This document shows, one piece after another, positions 61,569 through 64,000 of a stretch of 64,000 bases of DNA. The DNA lies in contig OY969763.1 of assembly GCA_963702845.1 (NCBI GenBank), forward strand, positions 3,296,001 through 3,360,000. The letters are read 5' to 3'. Positions within the stretch are counted from its first letter, which is position 1, and each line of letters starts with the position of its first letter. The notes under the pieces were generated by a model that saw nothing but the letters and a program-made list of their open reading frames with translations, had not been told where the DNA came from and did no database searches. Source of the DNA: an uncultured Verrucomicrobiae bacterium (lineage in GTDB: Bacteria; Verrucomicrobiota; Verrucomicrobiia; Limisphaerales; Palsa-1400). The translations under genes were made by a program, and so were the position numbers.

Positions 61569-62852
61569 TTAGAAATGGAAGCCGAGACTCGCAGACAACG
61601 CATGGCTGACAAACCGGTAAGTTCCATTGATCCCCGGCTCATCGGTGATCGTTCGGTCCGGCCCGTATGCAAATTGATACGTCACGTCCCAACTGATGCA
61701 CTTGTAGCTTTTGCCAAAACCAAGACTAAAAATGTGCCGGTCCGAATCCGGAACAACCGGATTGAAGTGCTCGTCCGGCGTCGAGTTCATGCTGTAGATA
61801 TAACCACCGCTAACGTGCCAATTGTTCTCCAGGTAGCGCGTCGCGCCAAATTCCAACATCCACGACGATTGCCAATCCAGCGCCAACGACTTTACACCAG
61901 TGAATTGTTTCACAAGCGCGAGGCTTTTCAACCGATGCCAATCCGTCCAATCGGCATCAAATTCGAAATTCCAATTCGTATTCGGCCGGTACGAATAACC
62001 AGCCACAATCGTCTGTGGAAACTTGAACGCAGTATGCGCGTCTTCACCTTGCACATTTAACGAGAACGGAACCACCAGCTTCGTATCTGAGTGCCCGGTC
62101 AGGTCAAATGTCGTTTCGCTGCGATACGTCACACCGAACGAATGCTCACAACAAGGTTGCCAGAGAGCGCCGATATTATAACCCCAGGCATCATCACGTC
62201 CGCGAAAACGCGCGTGATCCACCCCAAACGGTTGAAACACCAATTCCGATTCCGCATGGTTCCATGTCGGTCCCGCCGCGATCGATAACGTCTTGAACGG
62301 CTTGAACGCAATCACCGGGTTCACCGTGATATACATCAGTTGCCCTTTCTTAGGCACATTGAACGCCGACGCCGGATTGTTCAAAAATGGCGCATTATCC
62401 TGCCACTCCAGTCCAAGTCCGTATGGCGAATAAACACCCAAACCCAACGACAACGGAACATCCGTCGGCAGCTTCGCCGTCATATAAAACTGCGGCACCA
62501 CCTGCAGCTTCTGCTTCGTGTTCACCGAATCCGCGCCATTCTCGAAATGGTCGTTCATGTAAATCCCGTAAATTCCGCTGCGCGTATTAATTCCGTCCAA
62601 CTGGGTGATTCCGGCCGGATTGTAGTAAATAGCAGATGGATTATCTGCCGTAGCTACAAACGCATTACCACGTGCAGTGGCAAAAGCGTCCTGGTCAGGT
62701 AGCCGAAGGCCTAACGCAAAAATGTGCGCGGGCAAAAGCAGGGTTGAAATGGTTAATGCGAAACCAAAAGGTTTCGTCACCTTCAGGCGACTCGCAATTG
62801 TTTTCAAAATAAAAATTTTGTTGGTTGACAGCTGCATACGAGCCACGGACAA
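61569..62852 (-). CDS. OmpP1/FadL outer-membrane transporter for long-chain fatty acids or hydrophobic compounds (start uncertain)
   Basis: ARGNAFVATADNPSAIYYNPAG, SPYGL, INPVIA-like motif, PDSDR, C-terminal F. Confidence 0.92.
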   Translation of the reverse strand: MSVARMQLSTNKIFILKTIASRLKVTKPFGFALTISTLLLPAHIFALGLRLPDQDAFATARGNAFVATADNPSAIYYNPAGITQLDGINTRSGIYGIYMNDHFENGADSVNTKQKLQVVPQFYMTAKLPTDVPLSLGLGVYSPYGLGLEWQDNAPFLNNPASAFNVPKKGQLMYITVNPVIAFKPFKTLSIAAGPTWNHAESELVFQPFGVDHARFRGRDDAWGYNIGALWQPCCEHSFGVTYRSETTFDLTGHSDTKLVVPFSLNVQGEDAHTAFKFPQTIVAGYSYRPNTNWNFEFDADWTDWHRLKSLALVKQFTGVKSLALDWQSSWMLEFGATRYLENNWHVSGGYIYSMNSTPDEHFNPVVPDSDRHIFSLGFGKSYKCISWDVTYQFAYGPDRTITDEPGINGTYRFVSHALSASLGFHF

Positions 62853-63111
62853 GAGAAATATTCGTGCCAGTCTCAGAAGCGCGAAACACCGCTCGTTACT
62901 AACTGACTATGTGACACTTATAGAAGATTAGATACAGAGCCAGAGTTACCCGAAAGTTCGTAAAAATGGGCAATCCACCGTTTTTTTGACAGAAATCACC
63001 CTTTCGCCTCCACATTCGCGGCAGAAGTCGCGCGTGAAATCGTGAAGCTGCTTTTTCAGTTTCCAGAGCTTTTGCGTCCGAAACGCAGCCGCTTTATTTC
63101 CCGTGTTCTCA

Positions 63112-63143
63112 TTCAAAGTTCAGCGTTCGACGTTCAAAGTTCA
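63112..63143. repeat. Heptamer tandem micro-repeat
   Basis: ttcaaag ttcagcg ttcgacg ttcaaag ttca. Confidence 0.65.
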
Positions 63144-63182
63144 TCTTTTCCCCTTCGCATCCTTCGCGCGAAACCTTCTCCC

Positions 63183-63226
63183 AAAAAACAAAAAGCTCCC
63201 GTCCAGTCTTGCGACTGAACAGGAGC
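63183..63226 (-). terminator. Intrinsic terminator closing the large structured RNA
   Basis: GCUCCUGUUCAGUC-GCAA-GACUGGACGGGAGC-UUUUUGUUUUUU: 14-bp stem with two G.U pairs that work only on the minus strand. Confidence 0.9.
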
Positions 63227-64000
63227 AAATTGGGGGATGGGAGTGCGCCACTCTCTCTTTCCCGCACCGATGTTAGGCACCTTGCAAGCAAGGTCACCGG
63301 TTTCCCGACGCCATTCTCCACGGCAAGCGGAGTTTATTTCGGCCTCATAGCAGGGCCGTTGATCTCGGTTGCCCGGACCAAATTTGAGTGAGGCCTCTTG
63401 GCTCGCTTAGGCTGGCGTTTGCACCGCCGGCTTACGAACCAGGTCAAGACACGCTTGTGACTGCGGCTTCGCGTCTTAACCACTTTGCGCTGGGTCGGCC
63501 ACCGCTTTTGACAGTGCGTTGGCCCAGTGCTACGGGTCTGACCTCTTAACTCTCAGGTTGCTTTTCGCTCACAAGCCAGCGGTTCTTTTTTTAGAATCGC
63601 CGACGTTTCGGAAGGTTTCAAAGGCCTTGCCTTGGCCAGGTTGTCCTTCCCGGTTCGCTCGCTCACTTTGTCCCATCTTTCGATGTCTTTCGTTTGGCCG
63701 ATGCAAAAATTAATCTGCAACGCCAGAGTCGTTCGAACCGTGCTGATGCACAGTAGCAACCGATTACCCTCTGGGTAACTGCGATTCGCTCAAATCCGAA
63801 ACAGACTTGAACTACTGACTCGACTCGGAACGGTTTCTATTTCGTTCCTGATCGCTCAGTTCCTTTTTCGCGTTTACTGATGGCGCGCGAACGCCACCAG
63901 AGGAACTAGTGAATCCTGCCTCCGGTCTCCGCTCCTCACGGATCGGACTTAGAGGGACCAAGCGAACCAGCCTCGCTCGATCTTTCCCCGGTTGCCCGGG
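63183..64000 (-). ncRNA. Candidate large structured ncRNA, over 800 nt, 5' end beyond the window (possibly MISL-class)
   Basis: No credible ORF; dense series of hairpins with GCAA/GAAA/GUGA loops and G.U pairs on the minus strand; ends at an intrinsic terminator. Confidence 0.75.

Noticed and set aside
63534..63545. gggtctgacctc as another transposase end
   Set aside because: Only a short partial match; it lacks the CCATAG core and the full CCCC, and lies within the structured RNA.
63183..64000. Structured region as rRNA, RNase P RNA, tmRNA or a group II intron
   Set aside because: I found no GAGGAAAGUCC, no tRNA-like CCA 3' end, no domain V pattern and no recognisable rRNA conserved blocks. 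Judged by eye only.

Overview
Bacterial chromosomal DNA, most consistent with Verrucomicrobiota subdivision 3 (Pedosphaera-like). This is inferred from gene families and repeat types, not from a database search. Many single-base frameshifts, even in housekeeping genes (yidC, argB), point to an unpolished long-read assembly. Core content: rpmH-rnpA-yidD-yidC-jag-ykgJ, thrS, Crp/Fnr regulator with a HemN-like radical SAM, sod, folP-cdaA-cdaR, argJ-argB, a Wzm/Wzt glycan locus with a sugar kinase-pyrophosphorylase fusion, clpS, two thymidylate-kinase-like genes with ppx, tRNA-Pro(CGG), nadC-birA, and a fadL / fabF / two-histidine-kinase locus. A mosaic accessory tract at about 28.6-45.3 kb holds WYL and integrase remnants, direct repeats and a HUH Y1 (RAYT-like) transposase. 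Most notable: (1) a structured minus-strand non-coding region over 800 nt (63183 to beyond 64000), rich in GNRA hairpins and ending in an intrinsic terminator, a candidate large ncRNA (MISL-like or new); (2) the Y1 transposase has terminal inverted repeats, and dispersed copies of its end mark gene breakpoints and a foreign gene; (3) a low-GC in-frame insertion of about 85 aa in the ThrS catalytic domain; (4) a ketosynthase translationally coupled to two sensor kinases next to FadL; (5) the tmk-like pair with ppx; (6) a palindromic heptamer repeat apparently translated as the YidD N-terminus; (7) many short 10-bp-period arrays.
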